From Zygnema circumcarinatum SAG 698-1b (taxonomy: Eukaryota > Plantae > Zygnematophyceae), in contig CM074806.1 of assembly GCA_037447605.1 (NCBI GenBank), positions 2,604,001 to 2,668,000 on the forward strand: a stretch of 64,000 nt of DNA, given 5' to 3'. The notes beneath the pieces are model-generated. The model ran no database searches, was not told the DNA's origin, and saw nothing but the letters and a program-made list of their open reading frames with translations. A program made the translations under genes and the position numbers. This document shows positions 1 through 11,773 of this stretch, piece by piece; within the stretch, counting starts at the first letter, position 1, and each line of letters begins with the position of its first letter.

Positions 1-701
1 GCTATTCTACTCGCATGGGATAAGATGAAATATGCGTCTAATTTGCTGCGGAAGACAGAGGCCGATTATGGAAAGGCGTTTGAATTCGAGCATCATGTCA
101 TTCCAGAGTGAGAGTTTCTCACTTGCATATGGCTTTTGCAACCATTGGCCATAATGAGCTTATGTGCGTTTAAGTGCTTTTGTAAAAGTGATGCGCATTG
201 CCGCATGCATTTCATCATGCATGTTGACATCGGACAGTGTTTTGCAAAGGTTGCTAATAGTGTACATACCGTTTCTGCTGTGATCATGCACAAATTAGAG
301 ACATGATCAAATGACTCACCTTGTTGTGCACGTGGCAGGAGCCATGAAATGCGTGTGAGCCGCTGCTTGTATCATACGGTGTTTGAGAAGGAGGGCGTCC
401 CAGAGTTAACCTCAATCTTTTGCGCATTGGACCGTATGTGGTAAGTGTTCGACCAATCTTATTTACTTTTTGTTCCTTCAAACTGCTTGCTTTCCTTCTC
501 CTTCAGCAATCTCAGCACAAAGAGCTGCCAACAAAGAGAAATGTTTGAACGTTGTTCAGAACCGTTTTTTTTGTTTGCTTCGCTCTTTTCCACAGGTTCA
601 GTCAAATCAATCCTAAGCAGCATGGTGTTGAATTTGAGCGTCCAGCCACTCTTGCAGACGGAGCAGCTGCCTGCAGATTCATTGTCAGAAAGGTGAGGTG
701 A
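1..701 (+). CDS. L-2-amino-thiazoline-4-carboxylate (ATC) hydrolase-like family protein, 3' part (5' end outside window); exons 1-107, 339-440, 596-701
   Basis: GT-AG splicing with matching phases gives ...AILLAWDKMKYASNLLRKTEADYGKAFEFEHHVIPESHEMRVSRCLYHTVFEKEGVPELTSIFCALDRMWFSQINPKQHGVEFERPATLADGAAACRFIVRKVR*. The C-x-Y...G-x-PEL...FC-x-x-D...R-x-x-TLA-x-G...C-x-F pattern matches my recollection of PF14196. Confidence 0.75.
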
Positions 702-1714
702 AGAAGCCCGCATAGGTGTTGGTGGGAGACCAATTGAGCTCGGTAAGTTTTGGCGATGTTACTTGAGCCCATGTACGGGATTAGGTCCATGCCGGTGCCA
801 ACGCATATCAAAGTCCATGCCCACACTCTGCAGGAAATGACCACGTAGCTGTCGAAATAAAGGACAAATTTACGATGTGAAGACCCGACTTTTGGTAGAA
901 ATTGGGCGTCATCGTTAGCAGATTTTGCAGATTACAGTTTTGAAAATCTGCGAACAGCTGTCAACCGCCGGGGGGGCGTCAGTCTGCCCTACAGCAGTGA
1001 AATGTGAAGTCGATTCATTGAACCAGGGAAGCGTCTTAGGTTGGGCATGCAGCTTTCAAAGGCATGTGTTCATTGTATCATTAATGCTGCCTCTAAGGCC
1101 TGGCTCTTTCACTCTTTGCAACATTTTTATTCCAATCATGTTTTCAATAGTGAGATAAAGCCGCTGCCTTGTATCTCGATTGCCTGCTGTGAAGAAAGTA
1201 CGCCTACTTGAAGCAGACATAAGAGCCGGTTTCCTCAAACTAAGAACCGTGGATGAACTTGTGATTTGGCATCCACTTTTGGCCGTGTCTGCTACCTTCA
1301 GCGCATCGACTGATGCATCCGATGCAAAAATCTAACGGCTCAGAGCTGACCACCTCAAGCAGCGGTCATTGCGCGATTTACAGACCGGAAAAGTTGGAAG
1401 ATCAACCAGTGGGTGCAGACACGATTCTATGCAAAAAATGCTGCTCGGACGTATGCCTCTCGTTGGGATCTCCACCCGCAAGTTGCTGTGGCGTGTGCCG
1501 CAGGAGGTGGGAGAGAGCAGGAGAGGCGGTGGGTGAGACAGGAGTGGGAGAGTGGGAAAAGGAATTGAAGGCGAGGGAGAGGGAGAGAGGGCGAGGGAGA
1601 GGGAGAGAGGGCGAGGGAGAGGGAGGGCGGGAGAGAGCGGGCAAACGTGGTTGGCGGCGTTGCCCAGGAATGAAATTTAATTCCATACGTACGTACGTAC
1701 GGCACAGGCGTGCA

Positions 1715-1870
1715 GGATATGGGCCGTACGCATGCAGCCGCCCGGGTCGTACGGATTGGCCGACCAAGGCTGGACCTCCACGCGGAGGGCGCGGGTGAAC
1801 TGACCCTAACGCCAAAAACCCTAAACCCCCAAACACTCCAAAACCCTAAAGCACTAAAACCCTAAATGCC
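1715..1870 (+). promoter_or_regulatory. Telo-box cluster (3x AAACCCTAAA at 1816-1825, 1841-1850, 1857-1866) with a site-II-like TGGGCC near 1720, upstream of the TRF-like gene
   Basis: Motifs read directly. Telo-box plus site II is an established plant promoter module. Confidence 0.5.
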
Positions 1871-2001
1871 CTTCGGGTTCCAGCACAAGCAATCAGCGCT
1901 CGCCAAGTGGTCGATTTGAAGCGTTGGAGGAGCCGCCCCTTCCTGCACTGCCTCTGATGACTTGAGAAGTTGAAACGGAATTTGTGAGCGAACAGGAGGA
2001 C

Positions 2002-5000
2002 ATGCGGGGGATGTTTGCGTGCACGAGACTATATGATGGAGAGCAGATTAAAGAAGTAGATGAGGCACCAAATGAAGGGACAGCGCAAGTAAAAAACGTT
2101 TCTTTTCAAGATAGGAAAATGACAGACTTTGACAAAGGCGAAGGACTCGGAGGAGAAGAGAATGAGTTTGTGGATGTCTTGAGCGAGATGGGCAACAGCA
2201 GCACGTCGTCGACATTCGTGGGACGAAAGGGCGGCCTGCTGCACGGAAAGGAAGGCATAGCAGAAGAAAATGGCCTCGAAGGACACTGTGGAGGTGCGGA
2301 GCCAGCAGAAGATGCTGAAGTAGGAGATGATGGATTAGGAGACGACGACAGGAGAGCTGAGGGGCAAATGATGTATGCTTTGCCTCCGGACCCTACATAT
2401 GGAACCACTGAACCAGTAGATGCTGAGGATGAAGAGGAGGAAGACATCGACATTGTGGAGGTAGATGAGGAAGAGGAAGCAAAGGTGAAGCAGGCAATGG
2501 GAGTCGGAGAAGGGATGCCCGTAGGAGAAGAGTATGTCGAAGAGAGGGAGGGGGGAGTGGAGGAAGGTCTGACAGGGAGTATGCCACAAGTGGAGGTCTT
2601 TTCAAACGGGGAGAGCATGAGGATGGGGAGAGACGAGGAGTTACCGCAGGCACTTGAGGAAGCAGAAGCTGCAGCTGCAGTGGGTCTTGGGTTGTTGGAA
2701 GTTGATGAAGCGCCTGCAGCCATGGTCACGACCACTATGATGAGATTAGGAAAAGAGCAGAATTTGATGAGAGATAAACGAAAGTCAAGCATCGAGCACG
2801 AAGAAGACGTTGAGGAGGCTCCTTCTCTGAGTGGTATGCGACACTTCCAGTATGAAAAGTGCACTATTGATTAGTGCTGCCCGTCCACTTGTTGGTTGCT
2901 CAACAGTTTTACTTGAATAATAGAGATATCTGGGACAGTTTCTGAATCGTCTTCATCTTGAGGCATTTGTCATTATCTCTAGCATCATTTCAGCTCATTC
3001 ACTCTGTGATAACCGATGGGGAGTGCTGGCTTACTCTGCTTGCCTGATGGACAGACGTTGAATCCGCCAGACCAACTCGACAACGAACAGCGCGCCCTCC
3101 CCCTCAAAAGAAAAAACGTCTGTGGATGCAGGAGGAGCAGTTCCAGCAACAGGACGTGACGGAGGAGCATATGCTTGATATGGAAGTGGATACGAACCTG
3201 CTGGAAAGAACTGGTTTCTTTGGAGAAGTGGGAGAACCTCCGGCAGCAGCAGCGAAGCTGCGACGAGGTGAGGATTCTCCATGTTTTCCGCAATTGCAGA
3301 GTTGAGTGGATTCCTCATTTGGGAACTGCTCCATGTTGATTCTAGTGGTGGTGGTGGGGTATGTTATGTGCTCTACAATACAGTTTGTATATCCATGAGT
3401 CTGGTGAAAGATATTAAGAAAAAATACGGGGCACTGGGCACTTTCTTACACTCTTGTCTGTGGCACGGCGGGGACCTTCAGCAAGCAAAATGGCCAGCAT
3501 TCCAGCGACACTGCCTGGATCCTCGGCTCATTTTCGAAACCCGAAGTTCGTTAATAAAGCCGGGGAATCTATAGGTATTTTAATCCTCTCTCATTCGACC
3601 TCAGCATGTTCCGTTGTTGCTTCTCTTAATTCTTTTTTATTCGCTGCATGCAGTGGTCTATCAAGGCACCATGCTTTTCTTTATTTTCGTAAGGAGTAGA
3701 ATTATTATCAGTATTCCTTACACATCTTTACGCTTGATCATGCCAAAAATTGGATAGAGAAAGTGCTTTGCCTAAACTGTCCGAGACCCCAAAGGCCGCT
3801 TGACTACTGTACCGGCTTTTAACGTAGCTACGTTTGAACTTTGATGCTCAAGCTTATTATTCTATCTTGGGACATGCAGTCAAGTTTGCAATAAAATCCT
3901 TTACTGTACCGGAGCTTATGGTGACCGTGCCAGAATCTTCTACTGTTGGTCAGCTGAAGGTGAGAATCAAACGCGTAATTTCTCGTCCATCTCTTGATCT
4001 AGCTCTGTTAGGGAGAAACTCCCTGATTCTGGTTTAGGATTGAAGCTCAGGAAATGATTCAAAATCTCAGCGAGTTCTCTTGGGAGGGATTGTTGCTGTA
4101 GAAAGCTGTAACGGAAGCTGTAATGAAGCTATTGGGAGGAGGACTACGACTGCGGGTATTGTTACAAGGAAAGCATCTACAGGATGAGGACATATCGCTT
4201 ATGCAGGCAGGGATTTCCAAGGCAACACCAGGCTCTGGGGATTTTTCGGATTCTTTGGACTTCATGCTTGAGCCAAGCCCTCTATATAGCTTAACTCCAG
4301 GAGACAACGACCCGTTGTTGGTGCTATCACAGGCCACAGAAGTGGGGACCCCACCGAGTATCAGGTTAACGCCCACTTTCTTATCTTAAGGTCTTTTTAT
4401 CGTTACTTCTCAATCCAGCTTCCCCTGTTTGTCACTCCATTTCTAGTCAATCTCCTCAAAGTTTTATATATATATTCTTCCCAGTAACTCTTTTCTCTCT
4501 TCTGGCTTCGGCTTCCTCTTAGTCTCCTTTGTCTCGTTATTAGTCTCCACTCCGCTTCCCCACTACACAATTCCTTGGAGGAGGGCACATCCACTCCAAT
4601 AGCATACCTTGATAGCTATTTCTTATGAATTCACCTGTGAATTATGGGCAGGCCAGCCTTTGATGGGATTCCGCCACAACCACAATCGACGGGACTTAGA
4701 AGCCGGTCTCGTGGAAGGAGTAAAGGAAAGGGAATGGCAGAAGATGATGCTAATTTTGGCGCCAATGCAAGCTATTACGCAGAGCCAAGTGAAGCCCAGT
4801 CTAAAGGGAGAGCTTTTGTAGCTCCTTCCCATACCACTCGAATCGCAGCTGCCCATGCACTGGCAGCCATAAGGGCACAGGCTGAGCAGAACCCGATGGG
4901 GGTGAAGATGGAGGGAGAAGCAGGTGTTGTGCAATATGGCTTGAACTCGACAAATGGAGCCATTGTGTTGCATGCGAGCATGCAGGAAGCTGAGCTGAAT

Positions 5001-5942
5001 GCCGGAGCTGCAACAGCAATGGCCATCGTGACACATGCGAGATCAAGAAATGGCGGAATGGCGCTGGTGAGTTTGGAGGGGAGGAGACGGATTCGAAGAC
5101 CCTTCACGGTTTCAGAGGTGGTAGCGCTTGTGGATGCAGTGGAGAAGCTTGGAACTGGAAGGTATGCACGCCATGTCCTTGTTTGTTGGGCTGGAGGTCA
5201 ACCTCGCAGAAAGCTGAGAAGTAACGCTTTTCGAGTTTGAAGGTAGTTCCTGACTTGTTTCGCATGGCATGGTTGGCGCATTCAATTGATGTATCTGCCA
5301 GATGGCGCGAAGTGAAGTTAAGAGCCTTTTCGCATTCAAAACATCGGACGTATGTGGACCTTAAGGTAATCATTCTTTATCTCACTTTTGAACTGTTATT
5401 TTCTGTATTCTTTCTATATTTCGCACACGTTTGTGTGACGTGGTAGAGGTATGGGCCTTCCTGCTCATTGCCTGCTACAAATTACCATCCGTGTATGCTG
5501 GTCTGTGTACGGCATATAGACTTGCTGAACGTTCCAGCTGAGTTCGGGGGGTTTAGTGACTTTGGTGTATAAGAGTTTTCTTGCTGGGAGACAAATGCAC
5601 GTAACTCCCAGGAATCCTGTGAATCTGTCCAATCAGCAGCGTCGAAGTCTATTCGAAAGGTTTTATTTCTAGGGCAGCATGATATATTTATGTTCTCCGA
5701 CCTTTTCTGCCCTTCAGCAATACCGAAGTAGATAAAGCTTCAAAAGCGATTAGCGACTGATGATGTTCGCTGCATTGGAACGCATGGATGTCGAGCAGGA
5801 CAAGTGGAAGACCCTCGTCCACACCGCCCAAATCGCCCCCCATCAGCGCCGAGGGGAGCCCGTCCCGCAGGAGCTTCTTGAGAGGGTGACGAGGGCGCAC
5901 GCCTACTGGACAGCGCAGCTACGGGAACAGCGTGGGGCGTGA
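2002..5942 (+). CDS. TRFL: Telomere repeat-binding protein, group-I TRF-like (TRP/TRFL): acidic N-terminus, ubiquitin-like domain, C-terminal telobox Myb plus Myb-extension; exons 2002-2833, 3055-3267, 3880-3959, 4102-4364, 4652-5161, 5302-5365, 5799-5942
   Basis: VKFAIKSFTVPELMVTVPESSTVGQLK / KAVTEAVMKLLGGGLRLRVLLQGK (Ubl); RRRIRRPFTVSEVVALVDAVEKLGTGRWREVK...RTYVDLKDKWKTLVHTAQIAPHQRRGEPVPQELLERV (telobox Myb plus extension). All intron phases are consistent. The start codon is a best guess. Confidence 0.92.
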
Positions 5943-6704
5943 CCAGCGAACAGCACGTGGCAGCAGCTGCTAGAGGAGCTTGAGCCCTTGCAGGCGCCCT
6001 CAATGTATACTCTCCTTGAAGACCCATTTGTTGGCTGTTGTACCTGTAAACAGGTTTGGCGATTTTGATAGAGGCAGGAAATAAGCTCCCCAGCTCGAAA
6101 TAGAGCGGGAAAAAAAGGCTCGAAGGAAGCCAATCACCATTCACCGGCTGAGCTGCCAAGTTAAGGTTGAATCCACGTCATTGTTGCACAGGCGTAGGTA
6201 GCATGCTTGGTTTGGCGAGGGCCGCAAATAGCATGGGAGCACAACCTCTCTGCTTGGAGGAGGTGTCACCATTTCCGTTAGTGTTAGTGTTGAAGGCCCT
6301 TAGGGGGGGGTCAGGTGAGGATGCCAGAGTATCCGAGGCTGGAGCTGCTGCAGCCGTGCAGGTCAAGGAATTTCAGAGGACGAGTGAAATGCCTACTTAT
6401 TTATCTCAGATAGATGTCGCAGACCTAATACAGAGTAGCGCTTTGGTGTTTCAAACAGTTCACTGATTCTGGACCTTCTATCCCAGAGGGTTATGTAAAC
6501 TTTGTACATTGAAAGGGTATGAAACATTGGATGAGAGATTTTTATAAGCTAGCACTGATGTTCTGCCTGACTCTGCAACGGACCAGCAAAAATGCTTCTA
6601 ATCGGAATGGAGTGCAGTGTTTCAGAAAGAGGAGGGGGGGGAAGCGAGTGTGGTGTTGGACGCTATGAACATCTTCTTTATCTTCAGCTTTTTCTTTCGT
6701 CCTT

Positions 6705-6789
6705 AGTTCCTTTGTGAGCGGTTCCTCCTGGTTGTCCATGTCCATTTGGTAGCCTCGCCATCGTGACTTCAACGCCAATTCTCCCTTTT
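6705..6789 (+). mobile_element. Copy A of short SINE-like dispersed repeat (ends ...GCCAATTCTCCCTTTT)
   Basis: Shares the core CCATG(T/A)(A/C)CATTTG..GCCTCGCCATCGTGA with the copies at 15.1, 22.6, 28.0 and 36.0 kb. Confidence 0.6.
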
Positions 6790-6918
6790 CCTCCACATGC
6801 GATAACAACAAACGCAATCTACAAGCCATGTCATGAAACAACACCAACAACAACAGCGTGCAGTGCTGTGCACGCGTGTGCAGAGATGGTCCCCTCCCGC
6901 TACGTTTGGCCATGACAT

Positions 6919-7268
6919 CATGAGCCATGAGTCCATGAGGCCATGAGGCCATGAGGCCATGAGGCCATGAGGCCATGAGGCCATGAGGCCATGAGGCCAT
7001 GAGGCCATGAGGCCATGAGGCCATGAGGCCATGAGGCCATGAGGCCATGAGGCCATGAGGCCATGAGGCCATGAGGCCATGAGGCCATGAGGCCATGAGG
7101 CCATGAGGCCATGAGGCCATGAGGCCATGAGGCCATGAGGCCATGAGGCCATGAGGCCATGAGTCCATGAGGCCATGAGGCCATGAGGCCATGAGGCCAT
7201 GAGGCCATGAGGCCATGAGGCCATGAGGCCATGAGTCCATGAGGCCATGAGGCCATGAGGCCATGAGT
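6919..7268. repeat. Tandem 8-bp minisatellite (CCATGAGG)n, about 43 units, a few CCATGAGT variants
   Basis: Read directly. It explains the ASWPHGLM-repeat ORFs in three minus frames. Confidence 0.97.
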
Positions 7269-7885
7269 TCGCTCGTCGCGACACTCGCGCACGTCCGCTC
7301 CGCTGGCAGTTTCCCAGTTCCCCAGTAGCAGTCAACTGCGGTCAACCGCCGTCGTGGCCTGGCCCAGGCTGTTCACAGCAGGTACGACGATCAAATCTAG
7401 TACTGTAATCTATGCACAGAAATCCGAGTACGACAAAATTCCCTGCCCGGCACCCCAGCTTGTATGGCCGCCGGCTCTCGGTTTTGCAGTTTGAACCGCG
7501 CCAATGTGCGTCCGTACATCCTACAAGCTAGGGCGTTAGTCTGGTTAGTCGGTCTGCCAGTTAGTCATTTTATCAGTTAGTCATTTAGCCACCACCGCCG
7601 CTGGGCCCGTCCAGCCGTCCGCCCGCCGCTGGCCGCGCACCGCCCACTGAAAAAAAAAATCAAGAAAAGGCGCACCGCGCGCCGTCAGACCGTTCGATCG
7701 GAGGAGATCGGACGGTCAGGAACGAGCGGCGCGGGATTGAGCAGATAAAGATTGGGCTTCCAGTGGCGGCGCGCGCACGACCTTTGGATCGACCGCTCGC
7801 GGCGTCGCACTTTTTCTGGAAGGACAGCGACTGACTGGTCTCGGGAAGATGTCGTCTTGTAAATTGTTTTAAAAAGATTAATGTT

Positions 7886-8378
7886 GGGTATTACTAAATT
7901 CACACCTTTTTTGTCTAGATACAGACTTTTTTTCGATGGGCAGATTTAAAAAACGGAAAATGCTTTTTTCACACCTTACACCTTTTTCCGTCGGGCAGAT
8001 TTTACCCCCAATTTGTTTTCGAGAGAAAAATATATCGGCCTGCCCGAATCCGGTCGGAGCGGAAGATCCGTCCGCCACGAGATCGTTCGCGGGTGCGCGT
8101 CCTTCACACTTGCATTCAATCTTCGCCGTCGATTTCATCGCAGATCGCACCACGGACGGTCGCACACCCCTAACGATCTCGTGGCGGACGGATCTTCCGC
8201 TCCGACCGGATTCGGGCAGGCCGATATCTTTTTCACTCAAAAAAAAATCACGGAAAAAGGTGTGTATCGATTCCAAAAAATCATTTTCCGTTTTTAATCC
8301 TTTTTTGTCGATTTTAAAATCTGCCCAGCGAAAAAAGGTCTGTGCCTAGACAAAAAAGGTGTGAATTTAGCAGTACCC
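7886..8378. mobile_element. Foldback MITE with long terminal inverted repeats and a perfect 56-bp internal IR (8032-8087 / 8172-8227); near-perfect 8-bp TSD (TTAATGTT / TTTATGTT)
   Basis: GGGTATTACTAAATTCACACCTTTTTTGTCTAG... pairs with ...CTAGACAAAAAAGGTGTGAATTTAGCAGTACCC. The inner IR was checked base by base. Confidence 0.85.
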
Positions 8379-9417
8379 TTTATGTTAGGAGGTGTCAGAC
8401 TTAAAAGTAGTGCGTACGTTTGAAACAAGAACGAGTACTCCGGCAACTTCGCGAACCTTGTGCGGCGGAGTACTTTCGATTTTTTCTTGTTCGCAAGATT
8501 TTGTTGAGTTTGACATCTGGATACCTGAGGCGGTCGACGAGAACTTTTTACTAACGCTCTGATGATTGCAGAGTGTATCACACCACTAGGCTTGTTGCTT
8601 AATAATGGAGGCTGATGATATGGTTACCAAAGATGTTTCTCATTTTCTTTGCAAATGATTTTCACCTACTTTTAGACAAAAAAGCGATGAGCAGTTCTTG
8701 AGATCCTTTTGCGACTCCTTTATGTTCACATGCATATTCTGGAAATCAGGTTCTTAGCATTCAGAACACAGGACAAGAAATGACACTCCATTTGATTCTT
8801 TATTGCACCGACGAAATTGTAAGATTCACAAGGTCAGAAGGACACTCGCCGCAAACAAAAGCACCTCCATAACAATCAGGAGAGAAAACGAAGATAGCAT
8901 TGCCTTGATAACTACAAACGCAAGGCATCGAACTCGGCTATTATATGTCCAGTCACCGACAGTAAGCACTTGCAGCCGCACACGAACCCGGTTTCATTCA
9001 CTGCAACAAGTCCGTCGGGACAGCAGCCGGCAGGACTACCAAGCTACACATCGCTCAGGACCCGCGCCACACCCTTAGAGTACGGCCATAATACTGCGTA
9101 GGAACTACTGCCGTACAGACTGCGATCAATGAGATTGCCCATCTAGAGAGCTCCAAGCAGCATCCTTCATGCCCTGTCTCCAGCAGTAATCACTTCAGAA
9201 TCGACGGGCTTTGGTATGTCCTTCACCTAGTTCGCAGACAGGTTTGATCGTCAACCTTTCCTGGATCTATCAAATACAATGTCGCGTCTCAAAAACTATA
9301 GAAATTGGCAAAGACTGGCGGAAGGAGACAGAAGTTCCTGCCACTGCGACTATGAACAGTAGAAATAGGATGACCATCGAAATTCAGACCTCCGGTCAGC
9401 AAGATTGGCCGTCGACT

Positions 9418-11463
9418 TTATTCACCCATGCACTGAACAAGACTTTCAAACCATTCGTCTCCAAGGGCGTCTGCTCCAAGAATGCCCGTATCCAGGGAAG
9501 GTAATCCCAAGCCATCAGGGTCACACACATTGATCGAATCACCTGCAGGGACAGCAGGCATGCTAAAGTCTGATCCCGATGTGACGCCGCTTGCAGGGGA
9601 GCCAATGAACCCGTTCTCGAAGGTCTGCGGCATCTCGTTGCTCCAGTCTTCAATCTTCACTGTCTCCACCGGTCGCACAGGAGCAGAGAATTGTAACTTG
9701 CTACCTGCAGACTGGTTCGGAAAGACAGGCTTGATCAAACTCGCGGGTGCGGACATTTTTGTGTCGCAATCGTCATCGTCGAGGTCCTCCACAATGTTAA
9801 CCTTAACCTGCAGCTTTTGAGGAACTCGTTTGCTGTGTGCCTCGTTATGTAACTCGTCTTTGGTAGGCCCGCGTGCAGCTGCAGCACTGTGAACAGAAGT
9901 CTTGCCACTTTCCTCTTTCACTGAAATCAATCCTGCGGACTTCCCCATCTTAAGGCCATCAAGCTCACTGCGGACTCGCTCGAGCTCCTGCCGCAACTTC
10001 TGATTTTCATCCTGATACCGTCGTGCCTGCTCTAGAGCATCATGATACTTCCTCGTCACTGCTGTGTTCTCCACACGGAGCTTTGCTGTCTGAATCTCAA
10101 GCTCTCCCAAGCGCTCCTGCCGACGCTGTCGAGATCGCTTCGCAGAAGCTCGATTGGATAGCATCCTGCACGAAAGCAGACGGAACAGCATCCAATTAAC
10201 ACAACAATATTGCCAAACATTCAACATCAAGTCCGTTGTGGAGATGCTAAAGTAATCAGCAGGCGACCCATGGATCTCTGCACAACGTAATATCCAGCGT
10301 TTCCGACGACAAAAAACAATAAGAATGTTCCATGAAATTCAGAGAAGGAAACCAATGAGGCCTTACCTCCTGATCTTCTTGTCATTCGAGGGATCCCCGT
10401 CATCGTCCTCCTCATCATCCATATCAATGGCATCTCCAACCATCGCAAGGCGATTGTCCCGGCTGCACGGGTCGAATCCATCTCGACACAAGTTCCAATG
10501 CTGCATCTGTGCAGACATGATTGGAGATGCGCCGTTCAGGCCCTTAGCAGCAAACTGCACTCCAGCCGCCGGCCCTGTTGGCGCTGAGGATTGCAACCAT
10601 TGTTCCAAGTTCTCTGTTCCGTCTGCCTGCCGAGACCACGCAGTCTGCTGCCTCCCTGTCATCCGCATCTGCGCAAGCATGGCTGACCCTGCAGGGCCGG
10701 CCATAGAGGGTCCATTCAAGGCGCTTGGATTCTGAGAGGACTGCATGCTCGGAGGAGCTGGCTGTCCCATCGGCATGGACGCCGCAGGCCCCCATGGAGA
10801 GAGAGTCGGCGCCTGACGAGCCGCTCTTGGCAGCTGCGCCTGCCAAGCTGCCTGCTCCCTGCCGGCAGGGAAGGCAACATTGCCGGCAGGACCTGCAAGG
10901 CCGCTCTGCGCATCTAGAGGTCGAGTTCGGACCTGTCTTACGGCCTTTCGCGCCCTGCATCGAAAGGACACGTGGGTTACTTAACAGCCTTGACCGACAA
11001 ATTTCTAAAGCAAAATAGGAACGAAAACAGAACTAGAGAAAACCGGTAACATCATGGATACTGAAGTAAGAACAGGCCCTGATTACTCATTGACGGCGTC
11101 GTATGATTAAGTTCAACAATGAGTTGCATACACCTCATCACGCGAAACATAAACCGCTAAGAGAAGACTTCCAGGGAAACGAAAACGACAGACTTACTGT
11201 TCGGCTTTCATCATATTTGTCGACTGCTTCATTCCAGTGGAAGTAAACTGCCTCGTATTTTGCAATCCAGGCGGCATCCCAGACGCTGCAACCTGTTGCC
11301 AGTTCCACATCGCTTCCGCCTGTGCTGCGCCCTCGTCCCCTTGGTCTTCCCACTCCGTTCCTCCGGTGGTGTACGACTCGTCTCCATTGAAAAGCAGAGC
11401 AGCAAGCTGACTCCTCCTTTCCGCCTCAGTGAACTGCGTCAGGACGTCAGGAGGGCGACACAT
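9418..11463 (-). CDS. bZIP transcription factor (group C-like); exons 11463-11198, 10954-10367, 10165-9418
   Basis: KKIRRMLSNRASAKRSRQRRQERLGELEIQTAKLRVENTAV shows the N-x7-R basic motif, a leucine zipper and the LRVEN motif typical of group C. The intron falls in the usual basic-region position and phases are consistent. Confidence 0.9.
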
Positions 11464-11765
11464 GGCTGCCTATCTCGTTTTCCTTTCGGTGCAAATCCGC
11501 AATACCTCGAATACAGCGAGAGAGCGAGCGAGAGAGAGAGAGAGAGAGAAAAAAAAAAATGACCTGCAAGCTTCAACCTCCCACCTCCCCGTGTCCTCCC
11601 CTCTTTGAAGGTTTCCAGCCCGGGATCGCCGGGCAGGCGGACAAACCTTTCGCAGAGCTGCCCGGCGCAGGCCCCGCCCGCCCGCCCCTCCGCGCGGTTA
11701 CGCGCCGCGCGCTCCGCGGCGCGCGGTACTCGTTCTGTCGCGGGCCCGCCCGCCGCCTTATCTGC

Positions 11766-11773
11766 TGACGTGG
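11766..11773. promoter_or_regulatory. TGACGTGG (hex/G-box-like bZIP site) about 300 bp upstream of the bZIP start codon
   Basis: Motif read directly; function inferred. Confidence 0.3.

Noticed and set aside
735-1500. Possible small minus-strand gene ending SVGMDFDMRWHRHGPNPVHGLK*
   Set aside because: No consistent exon chain or recognisable domain could be built.
2106-2864. 252-aa Ser-rich minus-strand ORF
   Set aside because: Antisense shadow of the Glu-rich TRF-like first exon.
6167-6466. 99-aa ORF downstream of the TRF-like gene
   Set aside because: Non-ATG start, no domain; probably 3' UTR or intergenic.
6542-7345. Long ORFs with ASWPHGLM repeats
   Set aside because: Translation of an 8-bp tandem array open in all three frames; no splice or domain support. 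Not a CRISPR array either: no spacers and a eukaryotic context.
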